From assembly GCA_040905565.1 (NCBI GenBank), contig JBBDRF010000074.1:1-16987 (forward strand): DNA of 16,987 bases. Direction: 5' to 3'. Both the position numbers and the translations under genes were made by a program. Under the pieces are notes generated by a model that did not search any database, was not told where the DNA came from, and saw only the letters and a program-made list of their open reading frames with translations. Positions 15,569 through 16,987 of this stretch are shown piece by piece. Each line of letters begins with the position of its first letter. Within the stretch, counting starts at the first letter, position 1. This DNA comes from Phycisphaeraceae bacterium (GTDB lineage: Bacteria > Planctomycetota > Phycisphaerae > Phycisphaerales > Zrk34).

Positions 15569-16093
15569 TCACTCCAACGCATCGAGCACCTGCTCGAAGT
15601 TCTGCGGCGTGATGTTTTCGTGCAGTTTGTGGTTCACCAGTGCACATGGGGCCGTGCCGCACGAGCCGAGGCATTCGACCTTCATCAACGTGAACTTGCC
15701 GTCGTCGGTGGTTTCGCCCACGTCGATGCCAAGCTTGTCCTTGAGCCGGTCGGTGAGCGACGGCTCGCCCATGAGCTCGCAGCTCAGGCTCTGGCAGACC
15801 CAGATGACGTATTGGCCGTGCGGCTTGAGCCAGTATTCTTCGTAAAACGTGGCGGTGTCGAGCAGGTCGGCGGCCTTGATCTCCAGAAACGCGGCGGCCT
15901 CTTCGATGGCCTGGTAAGGCAGCCAGCCATGCTTGTCCTGAATCGCGTGCATCGTCGGCAGCGCAGCGGCCCGCTTGTCGGGAAAGCGCGGCAGCACTTC
16001 CTTCTCCAGCATCGCCTTGAGTTCATCGTCGAGCCAAGGCTCGGTACGCCGCTCGATCTGCGTTTCGGCTGAGTTTTTCGTGATCCAGGCCAT
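15569..16093 (-). CDS. nuoE: NADH-quinone oxidoreductase subunit E
   Basis: ATFYEEY, 2Fe-2S ligands VCQSLSC and ECLGSCGTAP; GGAG upstream. Confidence 0.96.
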   Translation of the reverse strand: MAWITKNSAETQIERRTEPWLDDELKAMLEKEVLPRFPDKRAAALPTMHAIQDKHGWLPYQAIEEAAAFLEIKAADLLDTATFYEEYWLKPHGQYVIWVCQSLSCELMGEPSLTDRLKDKLGIDVGETTDDGKFTLMKVECLGSCGTAPCALVNHKLHENITPQNFEQVLDALE

Positions 16094-16107
16094 GTCGCTA
16101 TCGCTCC

Positions 16108-16193
16108 GATTGCTATTTTCTGATCGCTAATTGCTAATCGCTGACTGAAGCGGGATCGCAAATCAAAAATCAGCAATTAGAAATCAGCAATTA
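16108..16193. repeat. AT-rich imperfect inverted repeat built from tandem heptamers (RATYGCT / AATCAGC)
   Basis: Left arm gattgct-attttct-gatcgct-aattgct-aatcgct (16108-16142). Right arm aatcaaa-aatcagc-aattaga-aatcagc-aatta (16161-16193), which includes the nuoD stop. Confidence 0.8.
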
Positions 16194-16987
16194 TCTGTCG
16201 AGTTCCGCCGCAATGATGTTCAAGCTGCCCAGGATCGCCACGGCGTCAGCGAGCAGGTGGCCTTCCATCATCTGCGAGAACACGCCGAAGTGGATAAAGC
16301 TCGGTGGGCGCGTGTGGGCACGCCACGCCCGCGGGCCGCCATCGCTGACGATGTGGTAGCCGAGTTCGCCGTTGGCGGTTTCCTGCGCCGCGTACACCTC
16401 GGCGACGGGGGCTTCCCAGCCGCGATTGGTCATGATCAGCTCGAAGTGCTGGATGAGCCCTTCGATCGAGCCGTACACCTGGTCCTTCGTCGGCTTGACC
16501 ATCTTGCCGTCGCTGTCGACGTTCATCGGCCCGCCGGGGATGTTGTCGATCAACTGCTCGATGATGCCGATCGACTGCTTCAACTCTTCCACTCGGACGA
16601 GGTAGCGGGCATAGACGTCGCCGGTCGTGGCGATGGGCACTTTGAACTTGACCGGCTCGGCGCCCTGGCCGTCCCAGTTGTCGGCATAGCAAAGGTAAGG
16701 CTCGTCCTTGCGCAGGTCGCGCTTCACGCCGGCGGCGCGGGCGAGCGGGCCCGAGAGCGACCAGGCGATCGCGTCCTCGCGGCTGATCGTGCCCACGTCT
16801 TCGGTACGGTCGCGGAAGATGCGGTTTTTCGTCAGCAGGCCGGTGATGTCGTCCACCGCCTTGGGCAGTTCGTCGCGGATGAAGTTCTTGACCATCTTCT
16901 TGAAGGTCTCTTCGTCGGGCAGGTCCATCATGGTGCCGCCGACGCGGGTGTAGTCGGGGTGGAAGCGTTGGCCGGACACGTAGTCCA
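16191..16987 (-). CDS. nuoD: NADH-quinone oxidoreductase subunit D (C-terminal part; start beyond the window)
   Basis: SGQRFHPDYTRVGG, SGPLARAAG, DLRKDEPY, GDVYARY, IEGLIQHF, ETANGELG, RPPSF, GSLNIIAAELDR. Confidence 0.96.
   Translation of the reverse strand, partial: DYVSGQRFHPDYTRVGGTMMDLPDEETFKKMVKNFIRDELPKAVDDITGLLTKNRIFRDRTEDVGTISREDAIAWSLSGPLARAAGVKRDLRKDEPYLCYADNWDGQGAEPVKFKVPIATTGDVYARYLVRVEELKQSIGIIEQLIDNIPGGPMNVDSDGKMVKPTKDQVYGSIEGLIQHFELIMTNRGWEAPVAEVYAAQETANGELGYHIVSDGGPRAWRAHTRPPSFIHFGVFSQMMEGHLLADAVAILGSLNIIAAELDR

Noticed and set aside
2607..16193. CRISPR interpretation of the short repeats
   Set aside because: Units are 7-8 bp tandem or isolated hairpins with no repeat-spacer periodicity, and there are no cas genes.

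Overview
GC-rich bacterial chromosomal window of mostly housekeeping genes. The lineage is probably Planctomycetota/Phycisphaerae, inferred from protein style such as the NuoD C-terminus GSLNIIAAELDR and not verified. Order: moaA (-, runs off the left edge, missed by the ORF track), purN (-), gluQ (+), DUF192 lipoprotein (+), SpoIIE/PP2C phosphatase (+), riboflavin synthase (-), Gfo/Idh/MocA oxidoreductase (+), sugar-phosphate isomerase/epimerase (+), secreted M16 peptidase (-), gmk, pyrB, pyrR-like, beta-lactamase-fold serine hydrolase, nuoF, a 64-aa orphan ORF, nuoE and partial nuoD (all -). No rRNA, tRNA, CRISPR array, transposase or phage gene was seen, and no clearly new multi-gene system is demonstrable. 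The best leads are: a small protein embedded between nuoE and nuoF; a three-copy REP-like hairpin family with compensatory stems; two inverted repeats built from 7-8 bp tandem units, one invading coding sequence; a PyrR lacking its RNA-binding residues; and repeated -10-like hexamers 6-8 nt before ATGs, suggesting leaderless mRNAs.
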